Positions 1-7,120 of a stretch of 10,363 bases of DNA are shown piece by piece. The stretch is from positions 1-10,363 of the forward strand of contig JACPCX010000103.1 in NCBI GenBank assembly GCA_016184305.1, written 5' to 3'. This stretch comes from Candidatus Rokuibacteriota bacterium (GTDB lineage: Bacteria; Methylomirabilota; Methylomirabilia; Rokubacteriales; CSP1-6). Every line of letters starts with the position of its first letter. Within the stretch, counting starts at the first letter, position 1. Position numbers and translations under genes: made by a program. The notes below the pieces were generated by a model, which had not been told where the DNA came from, ran no database searches, and saw nothing but the letters and a program-made list of their open reading frames with translations.

Positions 1-49
1 CTCACGTAGACTGACCCGGAGAAGCAGAGGGGGAATCCAAGAGGACCGC

Positions 50-331
50 GTGCCGACGATACTGCATCTGCTGCTGGCGCTTGCGCTGACGGTGTTCCTG
101 GCGTTTCAGGCGGGCGCACTGGTCTTTGTCCTTCGCTCGAGACAGGCCCTGGCGGCCGGACGGTCCGCGCGGCGCTCCGAGCTTCTCTGGACCGTGATCC
201 CCGTGATGGTCGTCCTCTTCCTGGCCGCTCGCAGCTGGGTGGCGGTCTTCGACGTGGGGCGCCCGGCGCTGGCCTCGCCCGTCGTGCAGGCGGAGCGCCA
301 CGCCTCCGACACATCGACCCCTCAATGGTAA
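50..331 (+). CDS. Small two-helix membrane protein resembling the cytochrome c oxidase subunit II N-terminal transmembrane domain
   Basis: 93-aa ORF with GTG start and AAGAGGA Shine-Dalgarno at 39-45. Two hydrophobic segments; the second starts with ELLWTVIP, matching the subunit II helix-II consensus ExxWTxIP. Its stop TAA (329-331) abuts the coxB RBS. Confidence 0.7.
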   Translation: MPTILHLLLALALTVFLAFQAGALVFVLRSRQALAAGRSARRSELLWTVIPVMVVLFLAARSWVAVFDVGRPALASPVVQAERHASDTSTPQW

Positions 332-339
332 GGAATCCC

Positions 340-1365
340 ATGCGCGAGCGCCGCCAGAGCCCGTTCCGCTTCGAGACCGCGGTCCTGCTCCTCGCCGTCC
401 TGACGCTGGCCGCCGCCTGCGGCTGGAGCGGCTGGGACACGAAGATGACGACCGTCATCCCCAAGTCCGACTTCGGGAAGCTGACCCACGGCGTCTTCAT
501 GCTGATCTCCTGGTGGACGCTCTGGATCTTCATCCTCGTGGAGGCCACGCTGCTCTTCGCCGTCTGGCGCTTCCGCGAGCGGCCCGGGGCGCTGATCCCG
601 AAGCAGATCCACGGGCACACGGCGCTCGAGATCTCGTGGACGGTGGCCTTCGCCGCGATCCTGCTCATCATCGGCATCCCGACGATCCGCGTCATCTTCA
701 AGACCCAGGAGGCCCCGGCCGCCACGGCCCTCCGCGTTGACGTCACCGGCCGCCAGTGGTGGTGGGAGTTCAAGTACCCGGCGCTCAACGTCGCCACGGC
801 GAACGAGGCCCACATCCCCGTCGGGCAGACGATCGCTTTCCACCTCAACGGGCCGGACGTCATCCACTCCTTTTGGGTCCCCCAGCTGGGCGGCAAGCGC
901 GACGTGGTTCCGGGTCGGGTCAACCGGCTCGTGCTCACGCCGGACACGCCGGGCGAGTACATCGGGCAATGCGCCGAGTACTGCGGCATCTCTCACGCCA
1001 ACATGCGCTTCCGCGTCATCGTCCACTCGAAGGAGGACTTCGAGCGGTGGGTGGCGGGCCAGCAGGCGCCGGCAGCGGAGCCCAAGGACCCCCTGGCGCA
1101 GAAGGGCAAGGAGCTCTTCGGCCAGTCGGCCTGCGTGGGCTGCCACACCATCGCGGGCATCTCGGCCGGCGTGCTGGGACCCAACCTGACCCACTTCGGC
1201 AGTCGCAAGATCTTCGCGGGCGGCATGATGCCGAGCACTGCCGAGACCCTCGTCATGTGGATCGAGAACCCCGGCCACATGAAACCGGGAGTGCTCATGC
1301 CCAACCTGGGCATGAAGGGCGAGCAGTCTCAGGCCCTGGCAGCCTACCTTCTGAGCCTCAAGTAG
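340..1365 (+). CDS. coxB: Cytochrome c oxidase subunit II with fused C-terminal cytochrome c (caa3-type), probable lipoprotein
   Basis: Lipobox-like LAAAC; two TM helices with IHGHTALEISWT; GRQWWWEFKY; CuA ligands DVIHSFWVP and CAEYCGISHANM; heme c motif CVGCH with distal Met in PGVLMP. Start placed at ATG 340 (AAGGA at 330-334) rather than ATG 325. Confidence 0.96.
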   Translation: MRERRQSPFRFETAVLLLAVLTLAAACGWSGWDTKMTTVIPKSDFGKLTHGVFMLISWWTLWIFILVEATLLFAVWRFRERPGALIPKQIHGHTALEISWTVAFAAILLIIGIPTIRVIFKTQEAPAATALRVDVTGRQWWWEFKYPALNVATANEAHIPVGQTIAFHLNGPDVIHSFWVPQLGGKRDVVPGRVNRLVLTPDTPGEYIGQCAEYCGISHANMRFRVIVHSKEDFERWVAGQQAPAAEPKDPLAQKGKELFGQSACVGCHTIAGISAGVLGPNLTHFGSRKIFAGGMMPSTAETLVMWIENPGHMKPGVLMPNLGMKGEQSQALAAYLLSLK

Positions 1366-1374
1366 AGGAGCCCC

Positions 1375-3234
1375 ATGGCGACACACGCGGCATTCATGCG
1401 CGGCGAGGCGGTAGCGGCTCCGAGCGGCCTCTGGTCCTGGATCACCACCGTGGACCACAAGCGGGTCGGGATCCTGTACGGGACCAGCGCATTCATCTTC
1501 TTCCTGGTGGGCGGCATCGAGGCCCTGATCATGCGGCTGCAGCTCGCCACACCCGACAACACCCTGGTGGGGGCGCAGCGGTTCAACGAGCTGTTCACGA
1601 TGCACGGCACGACGATGGTCTTCCTGGCGATCATGCCCATGAGCGCCGCCTTCTTCAACTACATGATCCCGCTCCTGATCGGCGCGCGGGACGTGGCCTT
1701 CCCCCGGCTGAATGCCCTCTCCTACTGGGTCTTCCTGGCCGGCGCGCTGCTCCTGCACATGAGCTTCGTGGTGGGGGCGGCGCCGGACGGCGGGTGGTTC
1801 GGCTACGCGACGCTCACCTCGAAGCAGTTCTCCCCCGGCCAGAGCATCGACTTCTGGATGCTGGGGCTGCAGATCCTCGGCGTCTCCTCCCTGATGGCCG
1901 GGTTCAACTTCATCGTGACCATCGTGAACATGCGAGCGCCGGGCATGACGCTGATGCGGATGCCCGTGTTCGTCTGGATGAGCCTCGTCGTGCAGTTCCT
2001 CGTGGTGCTGGCGTTCCCGGCCATCACGGTGGCGCTCATCCTGCTCATGTTCGACCGGTTCTTCGGGACCCTCTTCTACGCGCCGGCCGCCGGCGGCGAC
2101 CCGCTGCTCTGGCAGCACCTCTTCTGGATCTTCGGCCACCCGGAGGTGTATATCCTGATCCTGCCGGCCATGGGCATCGTCTCGGAGGTGCTGCCGACCT
2201 TCGCCCGGAAGCCGCTCTTCGGGGCCCCCGTGGTGATCTACTCGGGGATCATGATCGGCTTCTTCGGCTTCGGCGTCTGGAGCCACCACATGTTCGCCGT
2301 GGGCATGGGACCGGTGGCGGACTCGGCCTTCTCCATCGCCACCATGCTCATCGCCGTGCCCACGGGCGTGAAGATCTTCAACTGGATCGGGACTCTCTGG
2401 TCGGGCTCCATCCGCTTCACCGCGGCGCTGTACTTTTCGCTGGGCTTCATCGCCATGTTCATCATGGGGGGGCTGTCCGGCGTCATGCACGCCTCGCCCC
2501 CCGTGGACCTGCAGCAGACGGACACGTACTTCGTCGTCGCCCACTTCCACTACGTGCTCTTCGGCGGGTCCATCCTCGGTCTCTTCTCGGGCGCGTATTA
2601 CTGGTGGCCCAAGATCACCGGCCGGCTGCTCGACGAGCGGCTGGGCACGCTGCACTTCTGGCTCATGCTGATCGGGTTCAACGTGACGTTCTTCCCCATG
2701 CACTACCTCGGGCTCATCGGCATGCCCCGGCGCATCTACACCTACGCCCCGGACCTCGGGTGGAACTTCTGGAACCTGGTGTCCACCGTGGGCGCCTTCC
2801 TGATCGCGGTGTCGTTCCTGGTCTTCATCGCCAACGTGTGGAAGACGATGCGGGCGGGCGCCGTCGCGAGCCCGGATCCCTGGGATGGCCGGACGCTCGA
2901 GTGGACCATCGCCTCGCCGCCGCCCGTCCACAACTTCGGCGTCATCCCGACGGTGCACGGCCGGGACGAGCTGTGGCTGCAGAAGCACGGCGACGGCCAC
3001 GGCGGCACGCCGGCGCCGCGCCCGCCGGCGCCGACGCGCCAGGATCTCGCGTCCATCCACATGCCGCCACCGTCCTACTGGCCCATCCTGCTGGCGGCAT
3101 CCATGCTGTTCATGATGAGCGGCGCCCTCATCAGCATCTACCAGGTCGTCCTGGGCGGGCTGCTCACGCTCTACTGCATGTTCCGGTTCGCCCTCGAGTA
3201 TCACCGGCCGCACCCACAGGAGAGCCGCCGGTGA
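1375..3234 (+). CDS. coxA: Cytochrome c oxidase subunit I (A1-type heme-copper oxidase) with two extra C-terminal helices
   Basis: TTVDHKRVG (D-channel Asp), TMHGT, FGHPEVYI, WSHHMF, PTGVKIF (K-channel Lys), VAHFHYV, GMPRRIY. RBS GAGGAG at 1365-1370. Confidence 0.98.
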   Translation: MATHAAFMRGEAVAAPSGLWSWITTVDHKRVGILYGTSAFIFFLVGGIEALIMRLQLATPDNTLVGAQRFNELFTMHGTTMVFLAIMPMSAAFFNYMIPLLIGARDVAFPRLNALSYWVFLAGALLLHMSFVVGAAPDGGWFGYATLTSKQFSPGQSIDFWMLGLQILGVSSLMAGFNFIVTIVNMRAPGMTLMRMPVFVWMSLVVQFLVVLAFPAITVALILLMFDRFFGTLFYAPAAGGDPLLWQHLFWIFGHPEVYILILPAMGIVSEVLPTFARKPLFGAPVVIYSGIMIGFFGFGVWSHHMFAVGMGPVADSAFSIATMLIAVPTGVKIFNWIGTLWSGSIRFTAALYFSLGFIAMFIMGGLSGVMHASPPVDLQQTDTYFVVAHFHYVLFGGSILGLFSGAYYWWPKITGRLLDERLGTLHFWLMLIGFNVTFFPMHYLGLIGMPRRIYTYAPDLGWNFWNLVSTVGAFLIAVSFLVFIANVWKTMRAGAVASPDPWDGRTLEWTIASPPPVHNFGVIPTVHGRDELWLQKHGDGHGGTPAPRPPAPTRQDLASIHMPPPSYWPILLAASMLFMMSGALISIYQVVLGGLLTLYCMFRFALEYHRPHPQESRR

Positions 3235-3836
3235 GCAGCGCACACGTCGCCGCGCACGCCGTGCACGACCCGAACACCGGCACCACCGGGCTCGACAACC
3301 GGAAGATGGGCATGTGGGCCTTCCTCGGCTCGGAGTGCATGTTCTTCGGGACGCTCATCGGCACCTACCTGTCCTACAAGGGCAAGAGCATCAGCGGCCC
3401 CACCCCGCACGAGATCCTCAACATCCCGCTCACCTCGGTCAGCGCCTTCGTCCTCCTGATGTCCTCCCTTCTCATGGTGCTGGCGCTGGCCGCCGTCCAG
3501 CGCAACGACATGAAGTGGGGGAAGATCTGGCTCTTCCTGACGGCGCTCCTCGGCGCCGGGTTCGTCGGCTTCCAGATCTACGAGTTCACCCACTTCGTCC
3601 ACCTCGGGCTCACGCTCCAGACCAACCTGTTCGGCACCACCTTCTTCGTGCTCACGGGCTTCCACGGCGCGCACGTCACGGGCGGAGTCATCTGGCTCCT
3701 GTCGCTCTGGGTGCTCGCCCTCCGCGGCAAGCTCGGGCCGCAGGACTCGCTCAAGGTGGAGATCTGCGGGCTGTACTGGCACTTCGTGGACATCGTGTGG
3801 ATCGCCATCTTCACGCTGGTCTACCTGATCCCGTAG
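3231..3836 (+). CDS. coxC: Cytochrome c oxidase subunit III (short form, 201 aa)
   Basis: GTG start overlapping the coxA stop (GTGA), preceded by AGGAG. Motifs GMWAFLGSECMFF, QIYEF, TGFHGAHV, LYWHFVDIVW. This is the real C-terminal part of the listed 756..3836 ORF. Confidence 0.95.
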   Translation: MSSAHVAAHAVHDPNTGTTGLDNRKMGMWAFLGSECMFFGTLIGTYLSYKGKSISGPTPHEILNIPLTSVSAFVLLMSSLLMVLALAAVQRNDMKWGKIWLFLTALLGAGFVGFQIYEFTHFVHLGLTLQTNLFGTTFFVLTGFHGAHVTGGVIWLLSLWVLALRGKLGPQDSLKVEICGLYWHFVDIVWIAIFTLVYLIP

Positions 3837-3847
3837 GAGTCGAGACC

Positions 3848-4180
3848 ATGGCAGACGCCCACGCTCACGCCGCGTCCCACGCCGAGGGAGGGCATGCCTC
3901 CGTGGCGACCTATCTCCGCGTCGCCGTGGTCCTGGCCATCATCACCGCCATCGAGATCACCGCGCTCTACGTGCCGGGCCTGCCCAATGCGGTGCTCGTG
4001 GCGGTGCTGATCGTGTTCTCCGTTTTCAAGTTCGGGCTGGTGGTGGCCTTCTTCATGCATCTTCGCTACGACTCGAAGGTCCTCGCGGCGCTCTTCGTCG
4101 GGCCGCTGATGATCGCCTGCGCCATCATCCTGGCCCTCATGGCGCTCTTCAGCGCGTTCCTGCTCCTGCCGCGCGCCTAG
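3848..4180 (+). CDS. coxD: Cytochrome c oxidase subunit IV (caa3 CtaF / COX4_pro type, 110 aa)
   Basis: ATG 3848 after AGGAG. His-rich N-terminus, YLRVAVVLAIITAIE, KFGLVVAFFMHLRYD, three TM helices; positioned directly after subunit III. Confidence 0.9.
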   Translation: MADAHAHAASHAEGGHASVATYLRVAVVLAIITAIEITALYVPGLPNAVLVAVLIVFSVFKFGLVVAFFMHLRYDSKVLAALFVGPLMIACAIILALMALFSAFLLLPRA

Positions 4181-4182
4181 CC

Positions 4183-5049
4183 ATGGCGCATGGACTGCCC
4201 TCGCCCGGGGCGCCGCCGCCTCTGGGGCCCGAGGGCTTCGACTGGACCGTGTGGAGCGCCGATCCCGTCGTCGTCTTGGGCCTGGCGCTCCTGGGCGGCG
4301 CCTACCTCGCGGCGACCCTGTGGCGCCGCCGGCTGGACCCGGACGCCCGCGTGGAGCCCGTCCGGGCGGTCACCTTCGCATGCGCCATGATGGTGCTGCT
4401 GGGATCGCTCACGGGCCCCCTCCACGACCTCGCCGACTACTACCTCTTCAGCGCCCACATGGTGCAGCATCTCCTGCTGGCCTTCGCCATGCCGCCGCTG
4501 CTCCTTCATGGCATCCCGGCGTGGATGGCCCGGCCGCTGCTGCGCCACCCCGCTTTGCTTCGCGCCGGGCGGAGGCTCACCCGCCCCAGCGGGGCCTTCG
4601 CCGCCTTCAACCTCGTGCTGGTGGCCTGGCATCTGCCGCCGCTCTACAATCTGGCCATGGAGGCCCACCCCGTCCACATCGCCCAGCACCTGATGATCAT
4701 GGCGGCCTCCGTCCTGCTCTGGTGGCCGCTCCTGTCGCCCACGCGTGACCTGCCTCGCGCGCCGTACCCGGTGCAGCTCCTCTATCTCTTCATCGTCGGC
4801 CTCCCGATGGTGATGGTGTCCATCTTCATCACGATGGCCGACAGCGTGCTCTACCCGTATTACGCCGCCGCCCCGCGCGTCTGGACCGCGCTCTCCCCCC
4901 ACGCGGACCAGCGCCTAGGCGGGCTCATCATGTGGATCCCCGGAGGCCTCGTGTTCCTCGCCGCCATCTCCGTGGTCTTCTTCCGCTGGCAAGCCGCCGG
5001 CGCCGGCGATGTGACCGTGGGGACCGCGGAGACGACGCATGTCCGCTAG
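4183..5049 (+). CDS. ctaG: Caa3-type cytochrome c oxidase assembly factor CtaG
   Basis: Motifs YLFSAHMVQHLLL..PPLLL, WHLPPLY, HIAQH, DQRLGGLIMWIPG, typical of the Caa3_CtaG family; operon context. Confidence 0.92.
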   Translation: MAHGLPSPGAPPPLGPEGFDWTVWSADPVVVLGLALLGGAYLAATLWRRRLDPDARVEPVRAVTFACAMMVLLGSLTGPLHDLADYYLFSAHMVQHLLLAFAMPPLLLHGIPAWMARPLLRHPALLRAGRRLTRPSGAFAAFNLVLVAWHLPPLYNLAMEAHPVHIAQHLMIMAASVLLWWPLLSPTRDLPRAPYPVQLLYLFIVGLPMVMVSIFITMADSVLYPYYAAAPRVWTALSPHADQRLGGLIMWIPGGLVFLAAISVVFFRWQAAGAGDVTVGTAETTHVR

Positions 5050-5959
5050 CCCGCCGCGCGCCCTCGCCTGGGCCACCGTCGTCGCCCTGTTCGCCCTCAT
5101 GACGCTCGGCAATATCGTCAGCGCCACCGGATCGGGCCTCGCCTGCCCGGACTGGCCTCTCTGTCACGGCAGCCTGATCCCGCCGCTGAGACCCGATGTC
5201 CTCGTCGAGTACGGCCACAGGCTGGCTGCCGCCCTCACCTCCATCCTGCTCGTGACCACCATCGTCCTCACCATTCGCCGGCGCCGCGCCCCGGGGGTGC
5301 GCCGCATCGGCCTGGGGCTCCTGGTCCTGCTGGGCATCCAGATCGGCCTCGGCGGCGTGACCGTGCTCCTGCGCCTGCCGCATCTCATCAGCACCACGCA
5401 CCTGGTGAACGCTCTGCTGATCTTCGCCGGGCTCCTGGTACTGCAGGGGCCGGGGGGGAGTGCCGCGCCCGCCGGCGTCCCGCCCAAGGTCAGACGTCTG
5501 GCCGTGGCGGGCCTCGTCGTCCTCCTGGCCCAGCTCGCCCTCGGCGGCTATGTCCGGCACACGGGGGCGGGGCTCGCCTGCCCCGATTTCCCGCTCTGCA
5601 GCGGCGATCTCCTGCCGCGCGGGTGGCTCGCCGTCGCTCACTGGGTCCACCGGTGGCTGGGGATGACGCTGCTCCCGTTCTTCATCCATCTGGCGGTGGC
5701 GGCCCGACGCACGCCGCTCGCCCGTTCCGCGTGGACGGTGGCGGCGCTCGGGGGCGCGCAGGTGGCGCTAGGCATCCTCGCCGTCGTGCTGCAGCTCACG
5801 CCAGCGGTCCGGGCCGCTCATGCCGCGGTGGGCTACGCGCTCTGGGGCACGCTCGTGTGGCTCAGTCTGGGCACGGGAGCCTGGAGCCTCGCCTTCGCCC
5901 CGGCGCGCGCGGGGCGCCAGCCTCTGCTCGAGGCCGGGGGGGCGGCCCGTGTCTCCTAG
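5039..5959 (+). CDS. ctaA: Heme A synthase (CtaA/COX15, type 1 with two Cys pairs)
   Basis: GSGLACPDWPLC..EYGHR..TTHL in the N-half and GAGLACPDFPLC..HWVHR..AAHA in the C-half (four conserved His). 11-nt overlap with ctaG. Confidence 0.93.
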   Translation: MSASPPRALAWATVVALFALMTLGNIVSATGSGLACPDWPLCHGSLIPPLRPDVLVEYGHRLAAALTSILLVTTIVLTIRRRRAPGVRRIGLGLLVLLGIQIGLGGVTVLLRLPHLISTTHLVNALLIFAGLLVLQGPGGSAAPAGVPPKVRRLAVAGLVVLLAQLALGGYVRHTGAGLACPDFPLCSGDLLPRGWLAVAHWVHRWLGMTLLPFFIHLAVAARRTPLARSAWTVAALGGAQVALGILAVVLQLTPAVRAAHAAVGYALWGTLVWLSLGTGAWSLAFAPARAGRQPLLEAGGAARVS

Positions 5960-7082
5960 CAGGCTGCTGAAAAAGGCCCATCTGCTTCGTTGGCGCCCTC
6001 GGCCGCACGCTCAACGTGGCTCGCTTGCGCTCGCCGGATCTCCGGATATGCTCGCCTCGCCTCCGGCTCCGCTCGCCAAGCGGAGTACGCCTCGCGTGCG
6101 GCCGTCGGGCGCCGCCTCGCATCTGGACCTTTTTGAGCAGCCCGCAGGGTTTCCCCGCATCCTGCTAGGTCGGCGCGCGCTCCCGCCTGCCGGAGTGCGG
6201 GACAGCGTCGGCGCCTACGCGGAGCTCTCCAAGCTCGGCATCGTCCTGCTCGTGCTCGTCTCGGCCTGCGCCGGCTTCATGCTGGCGGCCCCCCTCGGCG
6301 CCGAGTTCCCGTGGCGGCAGGGCGTCCTGGTCCTCCTGGGGGTGATGCTCCTGTCCTGCGGCGCCTCGGCGCTCAACCAGGTGCAGGAGCGTGAGCGCGA
6401 TGCCCTGATGGGACGGACGGCAAACCGGCCACTCCCCTCGGGCCGCCTCTCGCTGGCCCAGGGAACCCTGTTCGCCGTCCTGGCGCTCGTCACCGGGGCG
6501 ATGGTGCTGTGGCTCGGCGTGGGCGGGACGGCCGGCGCCCTCGGGCTCGCCGCGGCCTCCTTCTACAACGGCCTCTACACCCCGTGGCTCAAGCCGACCT
6601 CCCCCTTCGCGGCCGTGCCGGGGGCAGTGCCGGGATCGCTCCCGCCCGTGATCGGCTGGGTGGCCGGCGGGGGATCCCTCACCGACGCGGGCGCGCTCAT
6701 CCTGTTCGGCGTCCTGTTCCTCTGGCAGATGCCCCACTTCTGGGCGCTGGCCCTGCGCTACCGAGCTGACTACGCCTCGGGGGGCTTCCCCATGGTGTCC
6801 GAGGCCGTCGGCGTCGAGGGCACGGCCCGGCTCATCCTCCTCTACGCGCTTGGGCTCACCGCGCTCGCCGTGGCCGCGCCGAGCTTCGGGCTGGGCGGAT
6901 TGGCCTCGCTGGCGGCCGCCTCGCTGCTGGGCTGGCGGCTCATCTGGCTGGCCAGCAAGTTCGCGCGGCGGCCCGAGGACCGGCGCGGATGGCTCTCCCT
7001 CTTCCTCTTCTCCAACGTCTATCTCCTGCTGTTCTTCGCCGTCCTCGTCGGAGAGCGCCTCGTCCGCCACGCCCTCCCCTAG
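5949..7082 (+). CDS. ctaB: Protoheme IX farnesyltransferase (heme O synthase); start uncertain (GTG 5949 reading through the repeat element, or GTG 6195 after it)
   Basis: YAELSKLGIV, ALNQVQERERDALMGRTANRPLPSGR, YNGLYTPWLK, GSLPPVIGW, FLWQMPHFWALA..YRADY..GFPM (UbiA/CyoE family). Recognisable domain begins about 6195. GTG 5949 overlaps the ctaA end by 11 nt, the same geometry as ctaG/ctaA. Confidence 0.9.
   Translation: MSPSRLLKKAHLLRWRPRPHAQRGSLALAGSPDMLASPPAPLAKRSTPRVRPSGAASHLDLFEQPAGFPRILLGRRALPPAGVRDSVGAYAELSKLGIVLLVLVSACAGFMLAAPLGAEFPWRQGVLVLLGVMLLSCGASALNQVQERERDALMGRTANRPLPSGRLSLAQGTLFAVLALVTGAMVLWLGVGGTAGALGLAAASFYNGLYTPWLKPTSPFAAVPGAVPGSLPPVIGWVAGGGSLTDAGALILFGVLFLWQMPHFWALALRYRADYASGGFPMVSEAVGVEGTARLILLYALGLTALAVAAPSFGLGGLASLAAASLLGWRLIWLASKFARRPEDRRGWLSLFLFSNVYLLLFFAVLVGERLVRHALP
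5956..6168. mobile_element. Non-autonomous MITE/REP-like palindromic element bounded by CTAG
   Basis: CTAG at 5956-5959 and 6165-6168. Terminal IR CCTAGCAGGCTGC (5955-5967) vs 6157-6169, 12/13. Second IR 5962-5985 vs 6119-6142, 20/24. Inner stems 5992-5998/6107-6113 (7/7), 6000-6010/6094-6104 (11/11) and 6022-6027/6077-6082 (6/6). No transposase in the window. Confidence 0.8.
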
Positions 7083-7120
7083 CCCGCCGCGGCGGGCCTG
7101 CGGCCTCAGGCCCGCGCGGC
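7082..7120. terminator. GC-rich hairpin(s) between convergent ctaB and acyl-CoA synthetase; possible bidirectional terminator or 3'-end stabiliser
   Basis: Stem GCGGGCCTG (7092-7100) / CAGGCCCGC (7107-7115), extendable by 7086-7090/7116-7120 with a 1-nt bulge. Overlapping perfect palindrome GCCCGCCGCGGCGGGC at 7082-7097. No U-tract on either strand. Confidence 0.4.

Noticed and set aside
32..338. GGAATCC repeated 300 bp apart, upstream of the small ORF and of coxB
   Set aside because: Only 7 bp and partly RBS-like; cannot be distinguished from chance.
322..3243. 973-aa antisense ORF, and similar long antisense or off-frame ORFs (6165..8096, 6989..8680, 8702..10105, 4928..5689)
   Set aside because: They overlap well-supported genes, show no recognisable motifs, and are typical stop-poor shadows in GC-rich DNA.
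756..3836. 1026-aa + strand ORF ending in subunit III, suggesting a giant fusion or frameshifted I/III product
   Set aside because: Only 3231-3836 has COX3 motifs, with its own RBS and GTG. The upstream part is Arg/Pro/Gly-rich off-frame shadow of coxB/coxA, expected from high-GC codon bias. No obvious slippery site.
3314..3847. N-terminal extension of subunit IV in the 288-aa ORF
   Set aside because: Overlaps coxC out of frame; the RBS and ATG at 3848 give a normal-sized subunit IV.
5133..5600. Repeated GLACPDxPLC coding segments within ctaA
   Set aside because: Explained by the known internal duplication of heme A synthase; not a separate repeat element.
5820..5948. ATG 5820 as the ctaB start
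   Set aside because: Would overlap 140 nt of conserved ctaA coding sequence and has no RBS.
5956..6168. The structured element as a tRNA, riboswitch or CRISPR repeat
   Set aside because: No cloverleaf or T-loop, no aptamer consensus I recognise, and no repeat-spacer periodicity. An Rfam search would be needed to exclude an ncRNA formally.
5039..7082. Ancestral CtaA-CtaB fusion split by the element
   Set aside because: Removing the 209-nt insert leaves the TAG stop intact and the two genes in different frames.
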